From Chlamydiia bacterium (GTDB taxonomy: Bacteria; Chlamydiota; Chlamydiia; Chlamydiales; JAAKFR01): DNA of 56,959 nt. Position numbers and translations under genes: made by a program. The stretch spans positions 1 to 56,959 of the forward strand of contig JAGRNW010000001.1 in assembly GCA_020440555.1 (NCBI GenBank), read 5' to 3'. Numbering within the stretch: position 1 is the first letter of the stretch; each line of letters starts with the position of its first letter. Shown here piece by piece: positions 1 through 9,330 of this stretch. The notes under the pieces were generated by a model that was not told the DNA's origin, did no database searches, and saw only the letters and a program-made list of their open reading frames with translations.

Positions 1-125
1 CTTGAGCCCGTTGCCTTAATTAGGCACGGCGGGTTCTAACGAGGGGGGAGTCCGAGTGATCGGCTCCTCTACTCTATAATTGCTCTAAATCTTTAGGTTA
101 GTTGCTTTCAAAATATGCAAAATGT

Positions 126-1151
126 TTAATAACTCATAGGACCAATCTTCACCTTTCCGCGAAAAACTCGGTAAATATAATACCCATAAGAAATCACAAG
201 TGGCAGCCCAATAGCCACAATCACCGCCAACACAATTAACGTATAAGCTGATGCCGATGAGTTGCTGATTGTTAAGCTGTTCGTTGCAGGATTCACACTC
301 GAACGAATCAAATGAGGAAAATTACCTACAGCATAAATCGCCATCAGAGAAGCTATATTCACGCAGGAAGAGATAAAGGCAAATCCATGCCTTCCTTTTC
401 GAGTTTCCCGAGGAATGTTGGCAATCGCCAAAATATTGACCAAAACAATGATGAATAGATAGGGAATTTTTTGAAGCCTTTCGGCCATATGACTTTGATA
501 GATTAACGTCACAAGGGTTGTCACCAAGTAAGAAATCACAAAGAAAATAATCGATGGTCTAATCCACGCAACGATAGCATCATGAATTTCTCCTTCCGTT
601 TTCATTACAAGGTAGATTGATCCATGCATCAAAAAGATTGAGATAGCCAAAATCCCTACAAGAATGGGATAAGGCTGAAAGAAAGTCATGAAGATATCCC
701 CCGTATAATCAAAATCACTGTTAAGAGGGATTCCTTGAATCAAATTTCCGAGCGCCATCCCTATTGCTAACGTGATCACAAGAGAACCTGCAAAAAAAAG
801 ATAATCCCAAATACATCGCCAGGATTGATGATGCACCTTACTTCTGAATTCAATAGCCACTGCACGAAAAATCAAAGCGCAGATCAAGATCACAAGAGGA
901 ATGTAAAAAGCAGAAAATAAAGTGGCATAAGCATAAGGAAACCCTGCAAACATTCCTCCAATCACTATAACCAACCAGACCTCATTTCCATCCCAAACAG
1001 GTCCAATCGCGTTGAGAAATAAACGCCGGTCTTCATCCTTCCTAGCAAATGGCATCAGCATCCCAACTCCCAGATCAAAACCGTCAAGCATTGCATAACA
1101 AGCCACAGCGGTAATAAAAATGACATACCAAAAAATTTCTAAACCATACAT
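126..1151 (-). CDS. cydB: cytochrome bd ubiquinol oxidase subunit II
   Basis: 341-aa polytopic membrane ORF with the CydB-type N-terminus (FWYV..A.YA.LDGFDLGVG) and WDGNEVWL motif. ATG at 1149-1151 directly follows the TAA of the upstream cydA. Confidence 0.9.
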   Translation of the reverse strand: MYGLEIFWYVIFITAVACYAMLDGFDLGVGMLMPFARKDEDRRLFLNAIGPVWDGNEVWLVIVIGGMFAGFPYAYATLFSAFYIPLVILICALIFRAVAIEFRSKVHHQSWRCIWDYLFFAGSLVITLAIGMALGNLIQGIPLNSDFDYTGDIFMTFFQPYPILVGILAISIFLMHGSIYLVMKTEGEIHDAIVAWIRPSIIFFVISYLVTTLVTLIYQSHMAERLQKIPYLFIIVLVNILAIANIPRETRKGRHGFAFISSCVNIASLMAIYAVGNFPHLIRSSVNPATNSLTISNSSASAYTLIVLAVIVAIGLPLVISYGYYIYRVFRGKVKIGPMSY

Positions 1152-2519
1152 TTATTGATTCCCTCCTGGTGCATAGGCATTTCGATAAGCGTCATCCGAA
1201 ATCTCCTCTGTCGGACCATGTTGTATCTTTCTGTTCATCAGATAAATAAATAAAATGAACACTAATAAGTAAATTGCACCAAACATGATTAATGAGCTTA
1301 AGACTTGCCCAGCCGATATGGACTTGGATATTCCCTCAACTGTTTTTAAAACGCCATACACAATCCAGGGTTGCCTCCCCATTTCAGCTGAATACCAGCC
1401 AAGTTGGTTCGCAAACTCCGGAAAAAGAACTCCAACTGTTAGCAAACGCAAGGTCCATTTACTTATATCAAGTTTTTTACGCCAGACAGCAATCCAAGCG
1501 GCCAACACGGTGAGCAGCATCACGCCCCATAACGTAATCATCCAGTGATAGGCTTGAAAAACAACAGAAACATTTGGCCACAAATCTTGAGGGAAGTTAT
1601 CGAGCCCCGGCACTGCTGTATTAAAATTGCGATAAACGAGAAAAGAAAGGAGACCGGGAATCTTACCCCCCTTCACCGTTTTTGTCTTTGTATCAACATA
1701 TCCCCCTAACCACATTGCGGTCGGAGTGGTCGTCTTAAAAACCCCCTCAAATGCTGCCAATTTGATGGGTTGATTTTTAGCCACTCCTCGAGCAGTGAAG
1801 TCTCCAGAAACCAGCTGTAATAACACTGCTACTGTTGCAACCCATAAACCAATTTTAAATGACTTGAGGGCAAAGTCTATATGTCTTTTTTTAAGGATAT
1901 AATAAGCACTTACACTCATTACCAAAAATGAGCCTGCCAACCAACATCCTAAAATTACATGACAGAGACGATCGAGAGATGAAGGATTGAGCAGTACATC
2001 CCAAAAATTTGTGATCGTTGCATGACGAACAGCCCCCTCAACTTCAATATGAAATCCAGCTGGTGTTTGCATCCATGAATTGGCAAAAACGATCCAAAGA
2101 CCACTAAAATGAGCGCCTAAGGTGACGATAACTGTAGAAAAAAAATGCATCTTCGGGGACACTTTGTGCCATCCAAAAAGCAAAATGGCCAAAAAGCCCG
2201 ATTCTAAGAAGAATGCAAAGACACCCTCTGCCCCCAAAATACTCCCAAATACATCTCCTACAAATCGAGAGAAAGTAGCCCAGTTATTTCCGAAGGCAAA
2301 AACCATCACAAGTCCTGTTGCTACACCAACAGCAAAAATAAGAGCAAAAATTTTGACCCAAAATCGCGTAATCCTTTCGTAAACAGGATTTTTTGTCCAA
2401 AGATATGCCCCCTCCATGATAATGAGACAAAGACCCAGACCAATACTTAAAGGAGGAAATAAAAAATGAAAGGAGATATTCATCGCAAATTGAATTCGGG
2501 AAAGAATGACAACATCCAT
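1152..2519 (-). CDS. cydA: cytochrome bd ubiquinol oxidase subunit I (short Q-loop type)
   Basis: Starts MDVVILSRIQFAMNISFHFLFPP, which aligns with the canonical CydA N-terminus (MLDIVELSRLQFA..YHFLFVP). GAEGVFAFFLES and GWYSAEMGRQPW motifs are present. I prefer the ATG at 2517-2519 over the ORF-track start at 2558, which adds 13 non-homologous residues. Confidence 0.9.
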   Translation of the reverse strand: MDVVILSRIQFAMNISFHFLFPPLSIGLGLCLIIMEGAYLWTKNPVYERITRFWVKIFALIFAVGVATGLVMVFAFGNNWATFSRFVGDVFGSILGAEGVFAFFLESGFLAILLFGWHKVSPKMHFFSTVIVTLGAHFSGLWIVFANSWMQTPAGFHIEVEGAVRHATITNFWDVLLNPSSLDRLCHVILGCWLAGSFLVMSVSAYYILKKRHIDFALKSFKIGLWVATVAVLLQLVSGDFTARGVAKNQPIKLAAFEGVFKTTTPTAMWLGGYVDTKTKTVKGGKIPGLLSFLVYRNFNTAVPGLDNFPQDLWPNVSVVFQAYHWMITLWGVMLLTVLAAWIAVWRKKLDISKWTLRLLTVGVLFPEFANQLGWYSAEMGRQPWIVYGVLKTVEGISKSISAGQVLSSLIMFGAIYLLVFILFIYLMNRKIQHGPTEEISDDAYRNAYAPGGNQ

Positions 2520-2635
2520 AAACAAGATCCTGCATATAAGAAAAAGTGACTCTAGCATACAGAATTGAAATATTTATTCAATCTATACCTATCCTCTGAC
2601 TACAAAGAAAATTTCTAAAAAATATACACAGAGTC

Positions 2636-2664
2636 TTGTCAACAACTGCTCCCCCTAATACAAT
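2636..2664 (+). promoter_or_regulatory. putative sigma-70/66-type promoter for the dacA operon (TTGTCA-17 nt-TACAAT)
   Basis: TTGTCA at 2636-2641, a 17-nt spacer, then TACAAT at 2659-2664, about 67 nt upstream of the dacA ATG in the cydA/dacA divergent spacer. Sequence pattern only. Confidence 0.35.
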
Positions 2665-2730
2665 GAGCGTGCTAAGCGGCGCCTCATGCATCGAGGTCTA
2701 CTAGAATAACTTGAAGAATCGGTTTTTGGC

Positions 2731-3522
2731 ATGTATTTCATGATTCCCACACTTGAGGTGATCATCCTTACTGTGATGCTCAGCTATCTTCTCAAATTTT
2801 TTTGGGGAACACGTGCTATGGATGCTGTTTTTGGCGTTCTTGCTTTTCTTCTCCTTTTTCTAGTGGCAACATGGCTTCATTTTCCCGTCCTAGAAAAGAT
2901 CATGCTCAATGTGGCAAATGTGGCTGTTTTAGCTATCTTCATCATCTTTCAGCCAGAGCTTCGTCTTGCCCTTTCCAAAATTCGTTTGAAAGGAAAAAAA
3001 TATCGAGAAATTCAAGAATTTGATACTTTTCTGGATACACTTTCAAACTCGGTTTACAGATTGGCTGATAAACAAATTGGTGCTTTGATCGTTCTAGAAA
3101 ATCAAGATTCTTTTGAAAGTTATACCAGTTCAGCCGTTAAAATCAGCTCGCACTTTTCTTCAGAACTTCTAGAATCTCTTTTCATGACAACCACTCCCTT
3201 ACATGATGGAGCTGTTGTGATTCGTGGTCTCAGTATTGTGGCTGCTGGAGCAATTCTTCCTTTGGCGCAAGAGACATCAGGACTTTCCAAAACAATGGGA
3301 ACCCGTCACAGAGCTGCCTTGGGAGCCAGTCAAAAAACTGATGCCTTGATCATCGTCATTTCGGAAGAGACGGGTAAAGTTTCCATTGCTCGAGATGGAA
3401 TCATGACACGAGGAATCAAAATTGATCGATTTCGCGGAATTGTCCGTAGTATTTTTACACCGCCAGATAGTGAAAAACGATTTAGATTTTGGGATTTCGG
3501 TAAGCAGCCAGAGGCACCATGA
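2731..3522 (+). CDS. dacA: diadenylate cyclase (c-di-AMP synthase), CdaA/DacA type with N-terminal TM helices
   Basis: Three N-terminal hydrophobic helices followed by a DAC domain with the hallmark motifs TPLHDGAVVIRG and GTRHRAALG..TDA..IVISEETG.VS. Confidence 0.9.
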   Translation: MYFMIPTLEVIILTVMLSYLLKFFWGTRAMDAVFGVLAFLLLFLVATWLHFPVLEKIMLNVANVAVLAIFIIFQPELRLALSKIRLKGKKYREIQEFDTFLDTLSNSVYRLADKQIGALIVLENQDSFESYTSSAVKISSHFSSELLESLFMTTTPLHDGAVVIRGLSIVAAGAILPLAQETSGLSKTMGTRHRAALGASQKTDALIIVISEETGKVSIARDGIMTRGIKIDRFRGIVRSIFTPPDSEKRFRFWDFGKQPEAP

Positions 3523-4754
3523 AAAATCTTTTTATTCGTCTTTTTATCATCAACTGGTCCCGCAAGCTTGTTGCTCTCATCGCTGCCGTGATCATCTGGT
3601 TTTTAGTTTATGAATCGATGACCACAACTCGAACGATTCCCCATGTCCCTGTTCGAGTGACCAATCTTGCTGCCGACCAAACCATAGATGGACTTCTTCC
3701 AAATGGACTTCTCAAAAAACGAATTCCCGTCACGATCACTGGCAGAAAATCGATTGTCGATGAGCTGCGCTCCAGCGATATTGAAATCGTGATCAATGCC
3801 GAGGGAAGGGAGGAAAGTTGGGTGGCAGCAATCGAGAAAAAAAATCTTATCAGCCTGATCCCTAACATCAATTTTGCCAAATATCTCACAGATATTTCGG
3901 CATCTGATATCTACATTCATGTGAGTTCTTTAATGACTGAAGAAATTCCCGTTACAGTCCGCAAACCCATTGGAGAGCCGCCAAAAGGCTATCAATATCT
4001 TGACGTCTGGCCAAAGACATTAATGCAAACAGTGAGCGGACCCAAGGAAGAGATTGAAAAACTCAAAAAACAAGGGATCGATCTGACTTTCAATTTAAGT
4101 CGCATCACTAAAGAAGAACTTGATCGGATCGGCGAAACACAAGCTAAAAATGGTTCAGATGAAGTGAGTTACTTTGTCCCTAACACATGGAAAGAAGTGG
4201 CGATCTCCTTTAAAGACGGAGCGACAGAACCCCTCAACGATCCTCGAGCAAAATTTTTACGCATCGATTTTCTGAGAAGTGAACTGATCCCGCTTTCCAC
4301 CGATCTTCAAGTAGCGATCTTCTATCCCCTTCAGCATAGTAAAATTCTTAATCCCGATACAATAACCCTAGCCATCACGGATCCGCTTAAAAAGAAAAAT
4401 GGAATCCCCATTCTTGATATTCCCCTCTTTGCCAAAGATGTAAGTCATCTATTTTTAAATGTAGTAAAAAATAATCTCCAATTAATGGTCTTAGCAGCCC
4501 CTCCTCAGCACAGAAAAAGTTTGAATTGGACTGTTGAAGTCATTGATCAAGAGCTTTTAGAGGAGATCTTTATTACAAAATCACTTCAAGAAGGAGGCGA
4601 AAAACCAGATGATTTCATGCAACTTAAACTTCGTGAAGAATATCTACGCCATCGTTTTAGAACCTATGTACTCCAAATGCGTCTTTTCACCTCCGATGAG
4701 AAAAAACTCCGCCTCCATCCCCATATCGAAGGTCAAACAATTAAATTGTCATGA
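3519..4754 (+). CDS. ybbR: YbbR-domain protein (CdaR-like regulator of diadenylate cyclase)
   Basis: ATGA overlap with dacA. One N-terminal TM helix (LVALIAAVIIWFLV) followed by repeated beta-rich modules beginning PV.V.N. The position immediately after dacA is typical for cdaR/ybbR. Confidence 0.7.
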   Translation: MKNLFIRLFIINWSRKLVALIAAVIIWFLVYESMTTTRTIPHVPVRVTNLAADQTIDGLLPNGLLKKRIPVTITGRKSIVDELRSSDIEIVINAEGREESWVAAIEKKNLISLIPNINFAKYLTDISASDIYIHVSSLMTEEIPVTVRKPIGEPPKGYQYLDVWPKTLMQTVSGPKEEIEKLKKQGIDLTFNLSRITKEELDRIGETQAKNGSDEVSYFVPNTWKEVAISFKDGATEPLNDPRAKFLRIDFLRSELIPLSTDLQVAIFYPLQHSKILNPDTITLAITDPLKKKNGIPILDIPLFAKDVSHLFLNVVKNNLQLMVLAAPPQHRKSLNWTVEVIDQELLEEIFITKSLQEGGEKPDDFMQLKLREEYLRHRFRTYVLQMRLFTSDEKKLRLHPHIEGQTIKLS

Positions 4755-5863
4755 AAATCGCCCTTTTAAAAAGTCATTTTTCTCATTTAGGGGGATTAGA
4801 AAAATATACGCTGAAACTTTCTCAGGCATTTGTTGATCAAGGATTTAGCGTCAGCATTGTCACTTCTTATCCCGCAAAATTACCTAAAATCAAAGGAGTT
4901 GAAGTGATTTTTCTTGGAAAACAGCGAAAATTTTCCTGGAATCAGGTTCGACAATTCGATAAAAATGTCAACTGTTGGCTTGAAAAGCAAACTTTAGACA
5001 GTATCTTTGGAATGGAACGGAATCGAATCCAAACCCATTACCGAGCTGGAAGTGGAGTTCATAGAGCCTACCTCGAACAAAGAAAATTAACAGATTCTTT
5101 TTTAAAAAAAATCAGTTTTAAACTTAATCCTCTTCATCGCACTCTTCTGGATATTGAAAAAAAATCTTTTGAATCTCACCTCCTTCAAACAATTTTCACT
5201 AATTCTCATATGGTAAAAGAAGAAATTCTCTTCTACTATTCGACTCCACCAGAAAAAATTGAAGTCGTTCATAATGGAGTGGATTGGAAAAAGTATGCTG
5301 CCTATTTTCAAAGAATTACAAAACGAAAAACACACCAATTTCTTTTTATCGGCCATGGATACAAACGAAAAGGATTACACTTTCTTCTTCACGGACTCTA
5401 CCAACTGAATAGGAAAGATGTCCATCTAACGGTGGTTGGAAAAGAAAAGCACCTATCTTTCTTTACAAATCTGGCAAAAAAACTAGGTCTTAGAGATCAA
5501 GTGACTTTTCTAGGCCCCACACAAGATCCTATTCCTTACTATCAAATGGCTGATACTCTCGTTCTTCCCACCATCTATGATCCCTTTGCCAACGTAACCC
5601 TCGAAGCACTAGCTATGGGCCTTTTTGTTGTCACCTCACATTTCAATGGAGGAAAGGAAATTTTGACTGAAGACTCTGGAACCCTCATCGAAGATCTCAA
5701 AAATCCCTTGAGTGTAAAAAAATCACTAGAATTTGCTCTCCTTCACCCAAAAACAGCAGAATCTGCCTATTTAATCAGAGAAAGTGTGAAAGATTTGGAT
5801 TTTTCACGTCAATTAGATAGAATTGTTTACTCAACAATAAAAAAAATAAAATCACGTGTTTAG
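4751..5863 (+). CDS. glycosyltransferase family 4 (GT-B, RfaG/WaaG-like)
   Basis: MKIALL...GG.EKY N-terminus, FLFIGHGYKRKG, and the C-terminal E-x7-E region (PTIYDPFANVTLEALAMGLFVVTS). ATGA overlap with ybbR. Confidence 0.8.
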   Translation: MKIALLKSHFSHLGGLEKYTLKLSQAFVDQGFSVSIVTSYPAKLPKIKGVEVIFLGKQRKFSWNQVRQFDKNVNCWLEKQTLDSIFGMERNRIQTHYRAGSGVHRAYLEQRKLTDSFLKKISFKLNPLHRTLLDIEKKSFESHLLQTIFTNSHMVKEEILFYYSTPPEKIEVVHNGVDWKKYAAYFQRITKRKTHQFLFIGHGYKRKGLHFLLHGLYQLNRKDVHLTVVGKEKHLSFFTNLAKKLGLRDQVTFLGPTQDPIPYYQMADTLVLPTIYDPFANVTLEALAMGLFVVTSHFNGGKEILTEDSGTLIEDLKNPLSVKKSLEFALLHPKTAESAYLIRESVKDLDFSRQLDRIVYSTIKKIKSRV

Positions 5864-7121
5864 TTTTCATTACTTTACTTATATTTGTTTTCGAATTTTA
5901 GGATTTCCTCTGTCTCTGCTTCCTTACTGGGCTATTCACCTTTTAGGCAAGGAGATCGGACGCTTAGCCTATTATGTTCATCGCCCTTTTAGAAAAAAAG
6001 CGATGACCAATCTTTCGATTGCAAAAACTCTTTATTTGTCAGAAAAGCAAAAAAAAAAGGTCACTAAAGAATCATTTCAAACCCTTGCGATCACCTGTCT
6101 CGAATTTTTTCGACTCAAAAGAAGCCAAAATAAAATGGATCGACTTGTTCAATGGGGCACCCCTCGTCATGAGGTTCTTGATCTTGTTGAAAAAGGACAA
6201 GGGGTAGTGTTTATTAATGGACATCAAGCAAACTGGGAAGTGGCATTTTCACTTATGACACAACGCTATCCTGGTACTGCTATCGGAAAACCCATCAAAA
6301 ATAAATGGCTCTATCGATGGATTTTGAGTATCAGAGAAATGCACAAAGGCAAGATCGTAGCACCCAAACAAGCATTAACTAAAGGATATGAAGTCTTAAA
6401 ACGAGGAGAATTTTTTGGGATCGTGAGCGATCAAGCCCTTCCAGAAAGCCCTTATTGCTATCCTCTCTTTGGAACGCGCGCATGGACAACAACAGCCCCT
6501 GCACTGTTAGCCTATCGGACCGGTTCCCCTCTAGTCACGGTCATGACTCGTCGAGTGGGAAGTCACTACCATATCTGGGGTTCTCCCCTGCTTTGGCCTG
6601 ACTTGTCGAAAACGGCTAAAGAGGAAGTGCCTCGCCTGATGGATGCGGCAATGGGATATCTCGAAGAGAGTATCAAAGCCTGCCCTGGACAATGGCTCTG
6701 GCAGCATGACCGTTGGAAACAATCGGGGATCAACCATATTCAAAGAAAATACCGTTACAGTTTTATTTTGATCATTTTTCCCCAAGATTGTAAAAGCTAC
6801 TTCGGTCTCCTGTCCGTGTTCCGACAACTCTATCCTCGTAGTTTTATTTCTCTTTATCTCCCTCAAAGGGCGGCAGATGAGACACTTCCTGACTGGATTG
6901 AACCCCATTATTATGCAACAGAAAAAGAGTGTTTTAAACGAGACTGGCGCTATCAAATTGTCTTTGATTTTATGAATAATAAAAAGCTTCGTCGTCATTT
7001 TTTAAAACTAGGTGCTTTCCAAGCATTAGCATTTTCTCATGGAGACTTAGAATCTATTTTGAAAAAAACCGTATGTAAACCTGAATGCCTGACAAAAGAT
7101 TTTACACGCACGCTCGCTTAA
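5856..7121 (+). CDS. lpxL: lipid A late acyltransferase (LpxL/HtrB family) with a ~130-aa C-terminal extension
   Basis: N-terminal TM helix, acyltransferase H-x4-E/D motif (NGHQANWE), and the end-of-domain motif PGQWLWQHDRWK near residue 288. Residues 290-421 are extra. GTG start at 5856 overlaps the GT4 stop by 8 nt. Confidence 0.75.
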   Translation: MFSFHYFTYICFRILGFPLSLLPYWAIHLLGKEIGRLAYYVHRPFRKKAMTNLSIAKTLYLSEKQKKKVTKESFQTLAITCLEFFRLKRSQNKMDRLVQWGTPRHEVLDLVEKGQGVVFINGHQANWEVAFSLMTQRYPGTAIGKPIKNKWLYRWILSIREMHKGKIVAPKQALTKGYEVLKRGEFFGIVSDQALPESPYCYPLFGTRAWTTTAPALLAYRTGSPLVTVMTRRVGSHYHIWGSPLLWPDLSKTAKEEVPRLMDAAMGYLEESIKACPGQWLWQHDRWKQSGINHIQRKYRYSFILIIFPQDCKSYFGLLSVFRQLYPRSFISLYLPQRAADETLPDWIEPHYYATEKECFKRDWRYQIVFDFMNNKKLRRHFLKLGAFQALAFSHGDLESILKKTVCKPECLTKDFTRTLA

Positions 7122-7789
7122 TAGAGGGGTCAACTATCCTCCTAAACAGAGGAGAACATCACCATCTCGTCCACGTGATGCGTCAGAAAGTGGGGAAGGA
7201 TGTTGAAATAGTCAATGGCGAGGGGTTGCTTGTTTTAGCCAAAATTACAAAAATCTCAAAACAAGAAACAAGCCTTGTTGTTGGATCTCTCCTCCAAAAA
7301 GAAGATCAACTAAAACCTCCCCTGATTATTTCCCAAGCGATTCCTCGTCTCAATCGCTTGGATACTATATTAGAAAAAGGCACTGAATTAGGAATGGATG
7401 AAATTTGGCTTTTTCCTGGGGAAAAAAGTGAAAGGACAACACTGTCTGCCAATCAAATGGAAAGGCTTGAAGGAATAGCCATTGCTGCCATGAAACAGTG
7501 TGGCCGCCTCCATCTTCCTAAAATTATTCTTAAACCCCCTCTCTTAAAGCAACTATCCCTTCCTTGCCCAGCTTATTTTGGAGATACTGATAGAATGGCT
7601 CCTCGCTTCTCTTCTCTCTTCGAGAACAACCTAAATGGAACCCTTTTTTATATCGGTCCGGAGGGAGGATTCTCTCATTCGGAGAAGGATCATCTGCAAA
7701 AACTGGGAGCCTTGGGGGTAAGCCTTCATTCCAATATCCTCCGAACAGACACTGCTTCTCTAGTTGCTCTCTCTATTATGACTCATTGA
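7085..7789 (+). CDS. rsmE: 16S rRNA (uracil1498-N3)-methyltransferase
   Basis: RsmE pattern: N-terminal RFY....L..G....L...E.HHL..VMR and C-terminal GPEGGFS..E......G......ILRTDTA. Overlaps the lpxL 3' end by 37 nt. Confidence 0.85.
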   Translation: MPDKRFYTHARLIEGSTILLNRGEHHHLVHVMRQKVGKDVEIVNGEGLLVLAKITKISKQETSLVVGSLLQKEDQLKPPLIISQAIPRLNRLDTILEKGTELGMDEIWLFPGEKSERTTLSANQMERLEGIAIAAMKQCGRLHLPKIILKPPLLKQLSLPCPAYFGDTDRMAPRFSSLFENNLNGTLFYIGPEGGFSHSEKDHLQKLGALGVSLHSNILRTDTASLVALSIMTH

Positions 7790-7850
7790 TCCATACCCAT
7801 TCCACTTCAAGAATTGGTTTTTGGTAAAAATGCATTTTCTTACAGATCGA

Positions 7851-9287
7851 CTAAATAAGACGATCATCCCCAATAAAATCGACAATAATCATATTGGTTG
7901 ACCCTGGCCTTCCAAAGGGAGCCCCTGCTGTGATCACCACTAGATCACCTTTTTGCACAAATTTTTGCTCTTGAGCATAGTCGCTTATTTTGACATAAGC
8001 ATCGTTAAGATTTGTCGCTTCTTTATGATAAAGAGGGATAATTCCCCAAGAGAGGGCGAGTTGATGGTAGACTTTCTTGTTGGGCGTGAGGGCAAGAATC
8101 GGCATTTTAGGACGAAGTCGCGAAAGGAGGCGTGCCGTTGATCCTGTGGTTGTGAATGCAAAAATCGCTTTTGCCTTCGCGCTATAGGCTGTTTTGATGG
8201 ACGAAAGAGCAACCGATGAAGGAACATCATGGGAGAGCTGTTTAGATTCTTTTTCAAAAAATTCTCCGTAATCAAAATCTTTTTCCGCTTCTTGAATGAT
8301 CGCTTTCATCATCATCACGACTTGAATGGGATGCTTCCCTACTGAAGTCTCTCCAGAGAGCATGACCGCCGATGTACTATCATAGATCGCATTGGCAACA
8401 TCTGATGTTTCAGCCCGTGTCGGACGGGGATTTTTAATCATCGATTCAAGCATTTGTGTGGCAGTCACAGCTGGTTTTCCTGCCGAATAACATTTGCGAA
8501 TCATCATCTTTTGCAAACGAGGTACTTCGTAAAGCGGAAGTTCGACACCAAGATCTCCACGAGCCACCATGATTCCATCGGCAACAGCCAAAATACTATC
8601 AAAGTTACGGACCCCCAGACGATTTTCAATTTTTGCGATAACTAAAATCTCCGATTTTCCTTCCTGACGCAATAATTTTTTAATTTCAAGAACATGATCA
8701 GCGGATCGTATAAAGGAAGCTGCGACAAAATCGATATCTTCCCTGCATCCAAATTTGATATCTTCGATATCCCTAAGGGTCATCGCTGGCATCTCAATCT
8801 CAGCATCAGGAATATTCACCCCTCTTCTTGAACAGATTACTCCAGAATTCAGCGTTCTTACCTTAACTCCGTGAGGCCCCACTTCGGTCACATAAGTTTT
8901 AATATATCCGTCATCAAGAAGAACCACCATCCCTACTGTCAACACATCCAAAACAGTCTGAGGAGCAATTGAAATCTGAGTTTTATCTCCTTCGACGGGG
9001 TCACGAACCAGCCAAAACTCGTCACCCTCTTCAATCTCAATAACCCCCCCTCTAAGATCTCCCAAACGGACCTCCGGCCCCTTGGTATCAAGCATGATCC
9101 CCAGAGGACTTTTGAGTCTCTCACGTTCGGCTTTAAGAAGATCGATGAGTTCCTTATGCTCTTTATGGGAGCCATGACTAAAATTAAGACGAGCAACATC
9201 CATCCCCGCCTCAATCAAAGCTGAAATCTCCTTGGCAGCATTCACCGAAGGCCCCATTGTACAGACAATTTTTGTATTCGTATGCAT
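7851..9287 (-). CDS. pyk: pyruvate kinase
   Basis: KIVCTMGPS, RLNFSHG, MLDTKGPEVR, IAKIEN and MVARGDLGVE motifs; 478 aa. Confidence 0.95.
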   Translation of the reverse strand: MHTNTKIVCTMGPSVNAAKEISALIEAGMDVARLNFSHGSHKEHKELIDLLKAERERLKSPLGIMLDTKGPEVRLGDLRGGVIEIEEGDEFWLVRDPVEGDKTQISIAPQTVLDVLTVGMVVLLDDGYIKTYVTEVGPHGVKVRTLNSGVICSRRGVNIPDAEIEMPAMTLRDIEDIKFGCREDIDFVAASFIRSADHVLEIKKLLRQEGKSEILVIAKIENRLGVRNFDSILAVADGIMVARGDLGVELPLYEVPRLQKMMIRKCYSAGKPAVTATQMLESMIKNPRPTRAETSDVANAIYDSTSAVMLSGETSVGKHPIQVVMMMKAIIQEAEKDFDYGEFFEKESKQLSHDVPSSVALSSIKTAYSAKAKAIFAFTTTGSTARLLSRLRPKMPILALTPNKKVYHQLALSWGIIPLYHKEATNLNDAYVKISDYAQEQKFVQKGDLVVITAGAPFGRPGSTNMIIVDFIGDDRLI

Positions 9288-9330
9288 ATTCTTGCAGAAT
9301 ACCCCATTCTCTCTTTATCATCGAGGAGTT

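Noticed and set aside
2520-2558. 13-codon N-terminal extension of cydA (MLESLFLICRILF).
   Set aside because: CydA homology starts exactly at the downstream ATG (MDVVILSRIQFA). The extension is not conserved-looking, so I treat it as upstream in-frame read-through.
2663-2704. 13-codon mini-ORF (MSVLSGASCIEVY) upstream of dacA, as a possible leader peptide.
   Set aside because: Its ATG overlaps the putative -10 hexamer, so it would probably not be transcribed from that promoter. It has no RBS, and a small ORF of this size is expected by chance.
9232-9330. ORF-track start of uvrA at a TTG (9232), giving a 33-residue N-terminal extension that overlaps the pyk 5' end.
   Set aside because: The extension is hydrophobic junk with no UvrA similarity. 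The ATG at 9331 gives the canonical UvrA N-terminus and is preceded by GAGGAG. This leaves a 43-bp divergent pyk/uvrA spacer.
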